A DNA stretch of 64,000 nt from Acytostelium subglobosum. Lineage: Eukaryota. Below the pieces are notes generated by a model that saw only the letters and a program-made list of their open reading frames with translations, was not told the DNA's origin and did not search any database. The stretch is from contig NW_012236524.1 in assembly GCF_000787575.1 (NCBI RefSeq), positions 743,665 to 807,664 on the forward strand, in the 5' to 3' direction. Shown piece by piece: positions 1 to 11,067 of this stretch. Both the position numbers and the translations under genes were made by a program. Every line of letters begins with the position of its first letter. The first letter of the stretch is position 1.

Positions 1-486
1 CCTGGTTGCCATTGTCTGGGAACGAAACGTTCAAGTAGTCCCAGTAGTAACGGTAGTTGAATGGTCCAACTTGATTATAGATTGGTTTGCCTCCAGCGAG
101 TACGTCTGCAGCGTTGGTCTATACATTGAGTTAGTTGTATTCGTTCAATTACTCAATGTTGGATTAGAGACATACCAAGTTGTAAGCATAGTAGTACTGC
201 AGGTAATAGTTCTTCCTTGATGATTGACCTGACCAATTCTCATAGTATGAACTCGACTAGATGTCAGTGAATGAATGGCATGACATGTTAGTGTTGTGGA
301 CTGTGGATGTGATCATTTAGTAGTTGTTATACATACAGGTGAAGATACTACGATACCATCCTTTACAGCGTTATCACCGACACGCTTGACTACACCTGGT
401 ACAACAGCCAATGATATAATGAATAGAATGAGTCCGATGACTCCGAGGATACCACCTCCGATCGCCATTCCTTTATGAGACGCCAT
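1..486 (-). CDS. CD36/LIMP-2 (scavenger receptor class B) family protein, N-terminal part; the gene continues beyond the window start. Proposed exons: complement(join(1..118,176..256,337..486)).
   Basis: Minus-strand ATG at 486-484. Exon 1 encodes MASHKGMAIGGGILGVIGLILFIISLAVVPGVVKRVGDNAVKDGIVVSSP, an N-terminal TM helix. Two GTATGT introns follow. The downstream exons encode ...ENWSGQSS..NYYLQYYYAYNL and TNAADVLAGGKPIYNQVGPFNYRYYWDYLNVSF. This resembles the CD36 N-terminal region (...KNWVK..VYRQFWIFDV...KQRGPYTYR). Recognised from memory of family motifs only. Confidence 0.45.
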
Positions 487-562
487 AATTTCTAAAATTA
501 TTTATCTATCTCTTTTTGAAATGAATGTAAATAGATAGTATAGTTAGAGAGTGAGAGGTATT

Positions 563-593
563 TGATTGATTGACTGATTGACTGATTGACTGA
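563..593. repeat. (TGAT/TGAC)n microsatellite
   Basis: tgattgattgactgattgactgattgactga. Confidence 0.85.
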
Positions 594-1183
594 TAGTTGT
601 TGTTAGTGTTGATGATTGGTCCAAGTTGTTAGAGTGAGAGTGTGTGTGTTGGTGTTGGCACCAAGCTAGGGGTTGACACACTCACATACACACACCCCAT
701 TACAAGTGACTGATACAATGCATTTGAAAAGTCATGGTAAGGATCATCAAACTGAACAGAGAGGGGTGCGAGCTGCAAAGACATAAAATTAAAATGAGCT
801 CACAAGATATCTCGATCACTTCACTAGATTTCATTCAAGTTCCGAAACTAATCCCGAACCTCTATGAATTGATTTAAAGGGATACACACGATTAAAGCAG
901 TGTTCTACTCAATGTAGAACGTGATAACACCTGTTCAAGGTCCCAATTAGGAAGTTGAATACATAAGCACACACACTCATACATTCACACACACAACTAC
1001 AATGAATTGAAATTTACTCTCTGGTTTCGAGATCTACTCAATGAACTTGGTCTTGTCTTTGAAATGCCCCTGTCATCTTCTTCAATTCCAGAGTTAACAC
1101 CTACTATATTACTATTCTTAATATTATTATTATCATATTCATTGTAATAATTATACTAGTGTATATTTATATTAATAATAATA

Positions 1184-2846
1184 ATGGGATTTAAAGAAAC
1201 CTATGATAAAATAGGTACAAGTAAACAGATAGTATTGTTTCTTAGTTTCCTCGGTGGTTTCGACTTTGGTTATAATACAGGTGTAATATCTGGTTCATTA
1301 CCAAGAATTGTAGATAAATATGATATCAATGTAGTCATTCAAGGTCTAATAGCAAGTTCAATTATCTTTGGTGCTATGATAGGTGCTGTTGGAGGTGGTA
1401 TCCTAGCAGATAGAATAGGAAGGAAGCCTGTCATACTACTAATGGGTAAATATAATGTATTAGATAGAGATATTAATCATACTTACTTTAGAATATTGTA
1501 TACATTAGGAGCATGTACAACTGCTGGTGCAGTTGCTTCTGCGGCCATTGGTAATATAGCTATTGCTGCACCAATGAGAATAATACTTGGTCTTGGTGTT
1601 GGTGCTGAATCATCAATATGTCCATTGATGGTTGCCGAGGTAGTACCAGAGAACAAGAGAGGAAGATGGGGATCATTATTCCAAATATCAATTACAATAG
1701 GTCTACTAATAGGTACAGTCATGGGAGTTATACTAAAGAGAGCACCACATAATTATAGATGGTATGTCATTCATCTATTTAATCATTCCTCAGAGACTAC
1801 AATATCTAACCATAGACATTAGGATGTGGGGAGCTGGAGCTGTACCAGGTATCTTCATTATGATTCTTTGGTTGTTTATCAAGGAGTCTCCATCTTGGTT
1901 GGCAAGGAAACAACATGAGAGAGATAGAGTCAAGGAGAAAAATGAGAAGTCAATGTGGGCAAAACTTAGAGAGAAGAAGAATAGAAGACCGATGATGATG
2001 GGCGTGATCTTGGCTGTACTCTCACAGTGGACTGGTATCAATGCCTTTATGTACTTCTCAAGAATCATTTTTGAGTTTGCTGGATTCGACCAAGAATATG
2101 GTCCTCTTGTTGGAGCTGTAAGTCAAGTCACCTTTGTCAGTCAAGACATTCGTTCATTAACCTAATCATTACTATATAGTCGATCCTTCAAGTATGGAAT
2201 GTACTCACTACATTAGTTGCAATGGTGTTGGTCGATAGAGTTGGTCGTAGAATCCTGTTGTTCGTTGGTGCCATCGTCATGACTGCTAGCAACTTCTTCA
2301 TCGCATTGTTCTTTGTTACGCTCAAAGGAGATGTCAGAGGTTGGCTATCAATCGTCTGTCTCTTTACATTCGTCGCTGCCTTTGAAGCCTCCATTGGTAC
2401 ACTTGTAAGTCAACCCGAAACCTACACCATCCCCTCATTACTAACAATCAATCAATCGTACTTTATAGTTCTGGTTCGTTATCAATGAGATTCTAGATGA
2501 TGATATTAAGAATATTGGTGCACCAATCATCAATGCTCTTCAATGGTTCTTCAATCTGAGCTTGACATTCTTCTTTATCAGTGCTGTGACATTCCTTGGA
2601 AAGTCAACAATGTTCTGGGTATTCTTTGCAATTGGTCTTGGATGTACTACAGTTCTCTGGATATTCCTTCCACCCAAGAAGGTGGTTACCATGGGTGTTG
2701 CCAACCAGGATCAAAACAACTCTGATCCATACGCATTGTCATCAGATGATCCTACTCCCAAAGAAGGTGAGACACCAGCCTTGACATCAGCGTCATCTCC
2801 TCCAACTGCCGATCGTATTCCAATGCCAATGGAGATGAGACAATGA
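1184..2846 (+). CDS. MFS sugar (hexose/inositol-type) transporter, 5 exons. Proposed exons: join(1184..1445,1509..1761,1823..2117,2180..2404,2469..2846).
   Basis: ORF-track pieces 1184..1822, 1764..2165, 2222..2488 and 2562..2846 are linked by four short GTAAAT/GTATGT/GTAAGT introns. Several contain CTAAC branch points. Sugar-porter motifs are present: ADRIGRKPVILL, GLGVGAESSICPLMVAEVVPENKRGRWGS and VDRVGRR. The C-terminal tail is hydrophilic. Confidence 0.8.
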
Positions 2847-2967
2847 TCAAATAATAAACAAATACAATGTATATAGAACTACTACTACTTATGATAATAT
2901 TTATTATTGCAACAACGAATGTGGTGGTGATCAGCCTGTCCTGCCCAATCCAATACTGGTCCTATCC

Positions 2968-4672
2968 TTAGTTGTTAAGTAGACGCTCGATGGCAGCATT
3001 GACATTACCGTTGGTTGCTGTGAGGGCTGCGATGTTCTCTACCTCGTCGGGGAAGCCCATCTCTTGCAGCTTCTGGAGCTGGACGCTGAATCGCTCGGCA
3101 GGTGGCAGCTGAGCTGATGCTGATGTTGGTGGGGCGCCAAATGTGCCAGTATGCTCAAATGGATCCATGCCGCCCATTCCTCCCATACCTCCCAGCATCG
3201 ACATGGGATCGCCACCCTCACCAAAGAATCCATTCTGTCTGAGTGTGCCCATGGCCTGCTGCATCTGCATCATAGCCTGTAGAGTGTTGGGGTTTGACAT
3301 CCTGGACCAGAAGTCTGGTCTTGACATCATCTCGCGCATCTGTGGGTTAGAGTCAAGCATCTGTCTCAACATTGGGTTGCTCTCGGCCATCTGTCGCATC
3401 TGCTCTGGGTTGGACATCAATGATTGTATAGCGGGGTTGGACATCATCGCTGTCAGTTGAGCTGGATCCATATTGTTGAGCATGCCTGCCATGTCACCCA
3501 TGCCGTTCATGCCTCCCATGCCGCCTCCCATGCCACCTCCCATGTTTCCAAACATGTTGAACGGGTTGCTCTGCTGTGTAGGACTGGTTGTTGTGTTGCC
3601 GCCAGTTGCTGGTGCTGGTGTGGTGGTACCAGCTGGTCGTGGTTGTACACCTGTTGCAGCTGCTGGCTGAGCCCATGGGTTTGGCAGAGGAGTGTCTGAT
3701 GGAGCGTTCTGAGGGAACAACGATGAGAATGGGTTGTTCTGCTGTTGTTGGTGTTGTTGGCTTGCAGCAGCGTTCATCAATGGTTCCTACATTAATTGAG
3801 TTGTGTGAGTGATTGATTGATCGTTTGATCGTTTTGATTGGCTCTATTCATCCACAACATACTTGAACATCAGTATACATTCTGCGCAACATATTGAAGC
3901 CTTCGGGGTGATTCTCAATGTTGACCATTGCTCTGTCTGTATTTCTCATCATCTCACGCATCAGCTCTGGGTTCCTCATCATCTCTAATGATTGTCTGAT
4001 CATCTATTTGATCAAACAGAGGGTGTTAGCATTGACCAATCACATCCTTCTACTTCATTGTATACATACTCTTGGATCATTCAAAACATGAGCAACCTCT
4101 GGGTTATTACTTATTACACGTTGCATCTCTGGATTGCTCATCATCATCTGTCTGAACATCTCTGGATTGTCGATAATGTTCTGGAACATTGGAGAGTTGA
4201 GAGCATCCTGGAACATCTGGTTGTTCATCATCTGGCTGACGTTGGCTGGCATACCAGGCAGTGTTGGCATGGTTGGCTGTGTGTTTGCATTTGGTGCCTG
4301 TTCTGATGAGGGTGGTGCAGCTGGTGGCACAGCACTCTTTACCAAGTGTACTGTATGTCCATCCTTGATATCTATGTAGTTATTTGATTGATTGATTGAT
4401 TGAATGAATGAATGAATGAATGAATGAATGAATGAATGAGTATATATGATTGTCGATTACACAATGTGAAGTTGGTTGATGTACATACTGTACTCGGACA
4501 ATTGCTGGTGATCCTTGAGAACATGACCAGAGTAGATGATTCTTTGTTGAGCGGGTGGGATGCTAGACTTCTCATTGATCATTTGTTTGAACTCTGCTAC
4601 AGTGATTGTTGTCTCGACATCAATAGCAAACTTATCGCCAGTTGACGATTTGACATTGATGTTAATAGTCAT
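2968..4672 (-). CDS. ubqln: Ubiquilin (UBL, STI1 repeats, UBA), 4 exons. Proposed exons: complement(join(2968..3786,3863..4003,4070..4371,4489..4672)).
   Basis: N-terminal ubiquitin-like exon: [61 protein letters not shown], continuing [14 protein letters not shown]1 repeats: [80 protein letters not shown] and [39 protein letters not shown]. Gly/Met-rich linker. C-terminal UBA: [37 protein letters not shown]. Three GTATGT introns. Confidence 0.85.
4384..4440. repeat. Compound microsatellite (TGAT)n(TGAA)n inside a ubiquilin intron
   Basis: tgattgattgattgattgaatgaatgaatgaatgaatgaatgaatgaatgaatga. Confidence 0.9.
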
Positions 4673-4677
4673 ATCTT

Positions 4678-4702
4678 AATCTATCTATCTATCTATCTAT
4701 TT
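4678..4702. repeat. (CTAT)n microsatellite
   Basis: ctatctatctatctatctat immediately upstream of the ubiquilin start codon. Confidence 0.85.
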
Positions 4703-5140
4703 AACTAATATATTTATATTTGTTTGTTTGTTGGTATGAATAATAATATGGTGAAGTGGAGTGAGTGTACAAATATATATAAATGTGTATTATCTATCTG
4801 TATTGTGAATGAATGAATGTGAACAACACTGGGGGAAGGTGTTGTTGGATGAAGTTGTAGAAGAAGAAAGAAGTGTGACGTGTGTGAAGTGATGATTGTG
4901 AACTTAACTTGAATTAATTTGAGTTTCCAACCCTACCTTACCCTTACCCTTGCCCTTGCTCTCGCCCTAACCCATGACCCTAGATTGATGGACAAGACAA
5001 GAAACATACATACATATACTATTATATAATTATACATTTATTGAGGGATTGGAATAGGAATATTGGACTATCGATCAATCAATTAATCATATCCAATTTG
5101 TTCCATGTTCCACACCAACTTCTAAAATGTTTGAAGATGA

Positions 5141-6193
5141 TTACCATTCATCATCATCGTCATCATCGTCATCGTCTTCATCGTCTTGTTGTCTGTTTCT
5201 TGTGATCATTGATTCGAGTGATGGAGCTCTTGCGGGAGGTGGAGGTGGTGCAGCAATAGATACATCGTCGTCATCATCGTCATCGTCGTCATCCTGTGTG
5301 GAGGTTGGAGGCGCGACAAACACTGAAGGAGGAGGCGGTGCTGGAATCTCAGACGATTGTGTCAATATCATTGGTGGAGGGAGTATTGGTAGTGAGGCTA
5401 AAGATTTGTTGTCGTCGTCGTCATCATCGTCGTCATCATCATCTTCGTTGGTGGCTGGCACGACTGGTGCGGGTGGTTTGGGCATCATGGCCAGGAGGTT
5501 GGACGAGCTGTCCTCTGACTCGAGCATGGCAGGAGGTGATGGAGGGGGTGGCACTACGGTGGCCGATGCTGTTGGGGCAGAGTCAGACATGCCATCAGGG
5601 TTCAGCAGAGCATTGGGATCAAGTCCATCGGCTATCATCTTGCCACGGAATGCTGCCAGGGGTACACCCTTGGCCTGCAGGTTGAAGTAAGGCTTGTAGC
5701 GAGGGTCGTCGCGATATGTAATTGTAGCCGACGCTGAGTCATCGGCAGACGATGAGGAGCCGGGAGGGGGAGGAGGGGGAGGAGGCGCGGCAGTGCCGGG
5801 CATGGGAGGAGGAGGTGGAGGAGGCGTGGTGGCCTTGAATCCGGGAGGGGGAGGAGGTGGAGGTGGGGGAGGTGGAGCGCCAGATGCGCCGGGTGGAGGG
5901 GGCGGTGCGATTGGTGCCGCGCTGGTGACCGTGCTGCTCGTCTGGTTCATGATGGGTGCGTCGACGGTGGGCAGCGACTCGAGGCCGTCAATGGAGCCCA
6001 GCTTGATCTCCAGCAATGACATTGTCACCTCTAAACGATTCAGCTGATTGCCAACATCGCACAGCTTCTGTTCACACAAATAGTTGAACCTATTAAGAAA
6101 CTGTGTTGTATTTATAACAAAGTTGTTTACATATGATAATGTCTTCTTATGTGATATCGATGCTACATTAGCATAATCTACGTAGACCTGCAT
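5141..6193 (-). CDS. WASH complex subunit 3 (CCDC53) homolog with expanded poly-Pro and poly-Asp tracts
   Basis: Single 350-aa ORF. The N-terminal coiled coil KTLSYVNNFVINTTQFLNRFNYLCEQKLCDVGNQLNRLEVTMSLLEIKLGSIDGLES aligns with human CCDC53 (VAFLNQFVVHTVQFLNRFSTVCEEKLADLSLRIQQIETTLNILDAKLSSIPGL). The conserved block TITYRDDPRYKPYFNLQAKGVPLAAFRGKMIADGLDPNALLNPD matches CCDC53 (DPRYARYLKMVQVGVPVMAIRNKMISEGLDPDLL). Long PPPPPP runs and three D10-12 runs are inserted. Confidence 0.7.
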   Translation of the reverse strand: MQVYVDYANVASISHKKTLSYVNNFVINTTQFLNRFNYLCEQKLCDVGNQLNRLEVTMSLLEIKLGSIDGLESLPTVDAPIMNQTSSTVTSAAPIAPPPPPGASGAPPPPPPPPPPPGFKATTPPPPPPPMPGTAAPPPPPPPPGSSSSADDSASATITYRDDPRYKPYFNLQAKGVPLAAFRGKMIADGLDPNALLNPDGMSDSAPTASATVVPPPPSPPAMLESEDSSSNLLAMMPKPPAPVVPATNEDDDDDDDDDDDNKSLASLPILPPPMILTQSSEIPAPPPPSVFVAPPTSTQDDDDDDDDDDVSIAAPPPPPARAPSLESMITRNRQQDDEDDDDDDDDDEW

Positions 6194-6793
6194 TCTCTAT
6201 ACTCTCTATATCTATCTATCTAATCTAATCTATCTTTCTTTCTTTATGTTTGAGTTTGGTTGTTTGATATGATTTGATTTGATTGATTGAATGATTGAAT
6301 GAACGTGAGGTATGATGATGTGTATATGAATGAGAATGTAGTATACACACAAGTGTATATATGTGTAATATGTATTTGTTTAAATGATGATGTTGAGAGA
6401 GATAACAAACATAGCTTTGAGATGTGGGCAAACACAGATATTTGCCATTTTTGCGAATTTATTAAAACATGGAAGTCTCCAGCGATTCTTCACACGAACT
6501 TCCATTACCAAAGATTGATCAAACTCCAAGTAGAAGATAAAATTGATAATTGTTGATTCTTTGATTGATTCGGACTCCCAAATATAATGATTGATCAAAT
6601 ATTCAATCAATGGAACTATTCCATTTATTTCCAATTAGACTGGAAATCCAGCCAATCAACTAAACAATCAAACAATCAATCAAATAAACAATCAAACAGG
6701 CCAACATGTTGGTATTCGGAATAGCTATATACACTCTCTTTTATATTTATTATATTATATTATATTATATATTAAGTTATTATATTATTATTA

Positions 6794-8854
6794 TTAGTAT
6801 ATCGATGTAGGTTTGTTGTTATTCATTGTTGACTTAAAACTGTTTGTACGCTGTAGAGTTGATGACTTGTTTTTGGTTGGCGTATGTGATGCACTACCAC
6901 TACTTCCATTACTGCTGGCACTACTTGATAATACGCTGGACTCACCCCATGACGACGTCGACACGCCACTCAGCAGTGCGTTGGACGATGACTGTGCGCC
7001 AAATGGCGGTGATGCCGACATGAACATCGACGACGACAGGTCCGAGTTGGTGGGCGACGTCGACAGGTAGAGCGAGCTGCCGAGCGGCGACGGCGAGCCG
7101 GCGTCCGGAGAGCGCATGGCATCCTGTTGGCTGCCGGGTTTGTAAAGTGCCTGGTGGGCGATCTCGCCAACCATGCCTGTGATCACCTCCTCCATTAGAC
7201 TGCCTACAAATTCGTTGACGTAGCAGTTGATCTTGATTGCCGTGACCCATTGGTCGCGGTCGGCCTCGGTTGGCGCGTATAAGTTGGTCTGCTTTCCTTG
7301 GATGATTAGACAGAATGGCCACTGGTCCTTCTTCTCATTGGCCAGCGCCTGCACCTGTACGGCCTCGGACAGTTCGATCGTCTTTGAGTTCTTTTGTGTC
7401 TGACTGCGGCAGTATTGTAACTGGCCGCGGGTCACGCGGAAGTAGTACTTGGTCATCGAGCGCACCTTGGCCTCCTTCATCAGGATGCCCTCCTTCTTGA
7501 ACTCGCTTGGCTCGATGCTGTTGAGTCGCGAGCTGTTGATCTCCTGCAGCAACAGCTGCATGGTCTTGCGTACATCGTCGTCGTCGCTGTTGCGCATGGA
7601 CAGTTCGACGAATGGACAGCCCCAGCGGAAGGCCAGCTCGGCGGCCTCCTCAGAGGACACCTGTCGCGCCAGCGTCATGCAGTCGGACTTGTTGCCAATA
7701 AGCAGACACGGCAGACGTGCTTCGGCCTTGCACGCCGACACCTTCTTGTAGAGCGCGTCCAGCATGGTGAAGCTGTTGCGCGATGTGATGCTGTAGATAA
7801 AGATGAAGCCCTGTGCCATGACCAGACGCTCGCGCGTCAGTGAGTCCACCGCGTGTAGTCCGCGCGTGTCCACCATCTTGATGTGGTAGCGTGTGTCATT
7901 GTGATGCGACTGAACGATGGTCTTGGTCCATTCGCTCGTCTCGCTGTAGCTGCTTGTGAAGGGGGACTCGAGACAACGTTGGATGTATTGCGTCTTGCCG
8001 ACGAACAGGTCGCCCAGCACCACGACCTCTGTAGTCTGTTGTTGAGGTGCGCTGGCGCCCATTGCAACCTTGTTAGCGGCTGCGGCGCCGCTGCTGTTGT
8101 ATGTAATGCGATGCACGAGGTCGGTGATGCAGGATGTGATCTGAGCCTCACGCTCAGCGCCAAAGTGGTCGATCTCGACCAGTGGGTACAGATAGAGGTC
8201 GGCCACACGCTTTGCCTCGTTGTAAGGCACCTCGCGTTGGCGAGCCATGCCAGAATCGTGGTCAAGCTCGCCCTGTCCATAGCCGACCATGCTTATCAGC
8301 ACGTTCTCAGTGCCCTTGTCAAAGAGGATCTTCTCACGCAGCTGCATGAACATGTTGAAGGTCTCGCGCACGTTGACATTGTACACAAAGATGAAGCCGT
8401 GCGCCTGGCGGTTGTATGCGTCGTTGATGCCCCAGAACTCCTCCTGGCCGACGGTCGTGTGGATGTTGACGTTGTAGGTGCCGCCGCTCTTGGTAGCGAT
8501 GGGCCGCCTGCACGGCAGCTCAATCGTTGGGTCCAGTTGAATGTTGTTGTTGAGGAAACTGGAGATGAAGCGCGCCTTGTTGCCGCACTCGTCGCCAATC
8601 ACCATTATATCGATCTCCTCTGCCGCCAGACGTCCGGTGGGCATTGCCGTGCTGCCAGTAGCGCCGCTCATTGCGACGTATGGTGGCGGCACCTCGCCAG
8701 ACAGTCCGATGGCCGATGAATAATGTGCCAGTTGGTCGATGTGTGATGTGAATGAAGCGGGGCCGCCCGAAGAAGCATGGTCATCTTGGGCAAATGCTGC
8801 AAAGCTTGGTCTTCTCTGTTGCTCCCTCTTTATCTGCCACAATGTATTTGACAT
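6794..8854 (-). CDS. Tandem small-GTPase-domain protein (degenerate Ras-like domain followed by a Ras-like domain) with a PH domain and a Ser-rich tail. Single exon.
   Basis: 686-aa ORF.
- Domain 1: G1 is IMVIGDECGNKA (no Ser/Thr). G3 is TTVGQEEF. The NKxD motif is absent (MVGYGQ).
- Domain 2: G1 is VVVLGDLFVGKT. G3 is DTRGLH (canonical DTAGQ; the catalytic Gln is lost). G4 is LIGNKSD. G5 is ELSMRN.
- PH-like segment: GILMKEAK...YYFRVTRGQLQY...WPFCLIIQGKQTNLYAPTEADRDQWVTAIK. Confidence 0.65.
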   Translation of the reverse strand: MSNTLWQIKREQQRRPSFAAFAQDDHASSGGPASFTSHIDQLAHYSSAIGLSGEVPPPYVAMSGATGSTAMPTGRLAAEEIDIMVIGDECGNKARFISSFLNNNIQLDPTIELPCRRPIATKSGGTYNVNIHTTVGQEEFWGINDAYNRQAHGFIFVYNVNVRETFNMFMQLREKILFDKGTENVLISMVGYGQGELDHDSGMARQREVPYNEAKRVADLYLYPLVEIDHFGAEREAQITSCITDLVHRITYNSSGAAAANKVAMGASAPQQQTTEVVVLGDLFVGKTQYIQRCLESPFTSSYSETSEWTKTIVQSHHNDTRYHIKMVDTRGLHAVDSLTRERLVMAQGFIFIYSITSRNSFTMLDALYKKVSACKAEARLPCLLIGNKSDCMTLARQVSSEEAAELAFRWGCPFVELSMRNSDDDDVRKTMQLLLQEINSSRLNSIEPSEFKKEGILMKEAKVRSMTKYYFRVTRGQLQYCRSQTQKNSKTIELSEAVQVQALANEKKDQWPFCLIIQGKQTNLYAPTEADRDQWVTAIKINCYVNEFVGSLMEEVITGMVGEIAHQALYKPGSQQDAMRSPDAGSPSPLGSSLYLSTSPTNSDLSSSMFMSASPPFGAQSSSNALLSGVSTSSWGESSVLSSSASSNGSSGSASHTPTKNKSSTLQRTNSFKSTMNNNKPTSIY

Positions 8855-10392
8855 TTCTTTAGTTTCCTTTGTTGGCGTGTGTGGCGGTCGGTTTGTAGTC
8901 TAGTCGCGGTCAGTTGTAGCGCGAGTGTGTGTGGTGAGTTGGTGTTGGTGTGTTGTCGCTAGGAAGTCTTTTGTCTACGCGCTTGTGTGTGTTAGTCTAA
9001 TGTGTTGACTTGTTGTAGTTGTCTAATGGATAGAGATAGATGTAAGTATAAAGTATAAATATATTATGAGGTCAGGTGATCAAGTTATGATAAGAGTGAA
9101 TGAGTGAAATGATTGAATGAGTGAGTGACAGGCAGGGACAAGAGAATAGAAGACAAGTCAAGTCAAGAGAGAGATATATGTTGTCGGGGGGAAATGATAT
9201 TATTAATATATGTATATTGCTGTTGGGTTGGTAGCAATGATTGGGATATCAGAGTGTTGTGGAGTGTGGACGATGAGTGAGTGAGCGAGAGAGAGTGAGG
9301 AAGGTGAGGAAGAGACGAACGACTCTGAGCTGAGGAGGTCGAGACAACAAAGCCCCAATATTCACTTGTTGGGTCCACCAAACAACAGGCAAACAACGGT
9401 CTTCACACTCAAGGTAAGTGTGTTGAGAGAAGAAGACAAGGTCGGGGGTGTGGCGACCGACCTTGATATTGATTGATGATACTCTACATATGTGTAAGTG
9501 TATGGTCTGGATGATTTATATCTTTGTTTGTTATTGATTGATTGATTGATTTATGATGTTGTTGTTATTAATTGATAATAATAGTACACACACACTCACA
9601 TTTAGAACAAGACAACAACAAGTATTTATCATGTGCAGGCAAAGGAAGAGGTTTAGGTGATATTGGGGTGCCCCATGAGCTTGCCCCGCCCCAACCTATC
9701 AAGTCCTAAGACGAGTCGCCTTCGAAGCACTCGGCCTCAAGGTGGCGAGGGGGGTAGGCGGGCCACAACAGTCGAGCAAATACCAAAAACATGATGGCCA
9801 TCATTTTGATTAACGACACGATGGATTCATCGTCACCATTTGGAAAATTGATTAAAAGAATAAATAACCCGTGACACTCACGCACGCGGACCCTTTGGTT
9901 ATAAATCTGAGATCAGGTGTGCGGGTGATCTAAGCATGGTATGTACCAATCAGGTGATCGAGCGATCTCCTAACAATCTGGTTCTGATTTCATCTCTCTT
10001 CTCTTTGTTTGTCTCTCTCACTTTCGAATTATAGAATTCAATGAGAGTGGAGTGGGTGGGTATCGATGGTCGATGATCATTGAACCATGGTTATTGCCAT
10101 ACCTAGGTTTGGTTATTGTCTATCTCGAGAAATCAATCTTTGTCCAAGTCTATTGTTATGATGTTATCAATAATAATGGGTCTCCGACTTGTTAATAAAT
10201 AGTAATATATATTGTTATGAGATATGAATAATAAAGTGTGATTAATGGATGAGATGGCTGGGTTGGATATTATTGCGAATGAACTTGAATGATGATCATA
10301 CATCAACAACTATCTTCAGCGCCAACCATCTATCATCATAATAATCAATGATTGATTGTACTTACACTGAGTAATATTGCAATCAGTCCATC

Positions 10393-10420
10393 ATTCAATC
10401 AATCAATCAATCAATCAAAC
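10393..10420. repeat. (TCAA)n microsatellite
   Basis: ttcaatcaatcaatcaatcaatcaaac. Confidence 0.85.
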
Positions 10421-11067
10421 AATGTTTGTAGAAAAGGTCATCACCAACCATTGTTCATTGGCGATCCATGTCCCCGAGACACATTCGTCTGGAATTGTGC
10501 TGTGGTGTTGTATGTCGTGTGTGGTTGTGATGTATGAGTGTTTACACTAACATCAACACACACACACATCCATCCCACCTACATTAATGATTGATCGCAA
10601 TGCGATGGCAATGGAAGTGTAGGTTGATGATGTTAAATAGTATTCTTAGGATCAGTCATCATACTAAATGATGTCTATTTAGATCTAAGACATTGATTTT
10701 ATATCTATGTCTGTTATAATCTTACAAGACACATTATATATATATTTATGTATAAATGTAAAGTTGAGTTGGCTGAGTATTATCAATTGATGTTGGGTCA
10801 ACATTAACACCAAGGTGGAAGCGCGCAAATTGAAAACAGTGAAGTCAGCAATGTTAGAGTGTTGTGTGTGTTTGTGCTTCGAACAAAGGCAGGTGAGGTC
10901 ACATGATCACAAGGTGTTACTCCTTGAAGACCCCTTTAGACTCAAGTGTGCCTCCCCATTCATTAAACTTACTCTCTCTAGTATACACACTCATATAATA
11001 CATATATATATATATTGTTAACAAATACAAATTACAAATACAAATAACATAAACAGAATACAGAATC

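Noticed and set aside
5127-5690. Plus-strand 187-aa Ser/Gly-rich ORF
   Set aside because: It is the antisense reading of the (GAT)n/(CCN)n coding repeats of the WASHC3-like gene. It is low-complexity only.
7883-8719. Plus-strand 278-aa ORF, and several other 60-150-aa ORFs between 6813 and 8723
   Set aside because: They are embedded antisense or out of frame in the 686-aa tandem-GTPase ORF. They show no domain signal and are typical GC3-driven shadow ORFs.
9936-10100. Candidate tiny gene: ATG|GTATGT, then an exon at about 10037 encoding a 14-aa peptide
   Set aside because: The only frame-compatible continuation terminates after 14 codons. There is no conservation or domain evidence. It is kept only as part of the unexplained GC-island observation.
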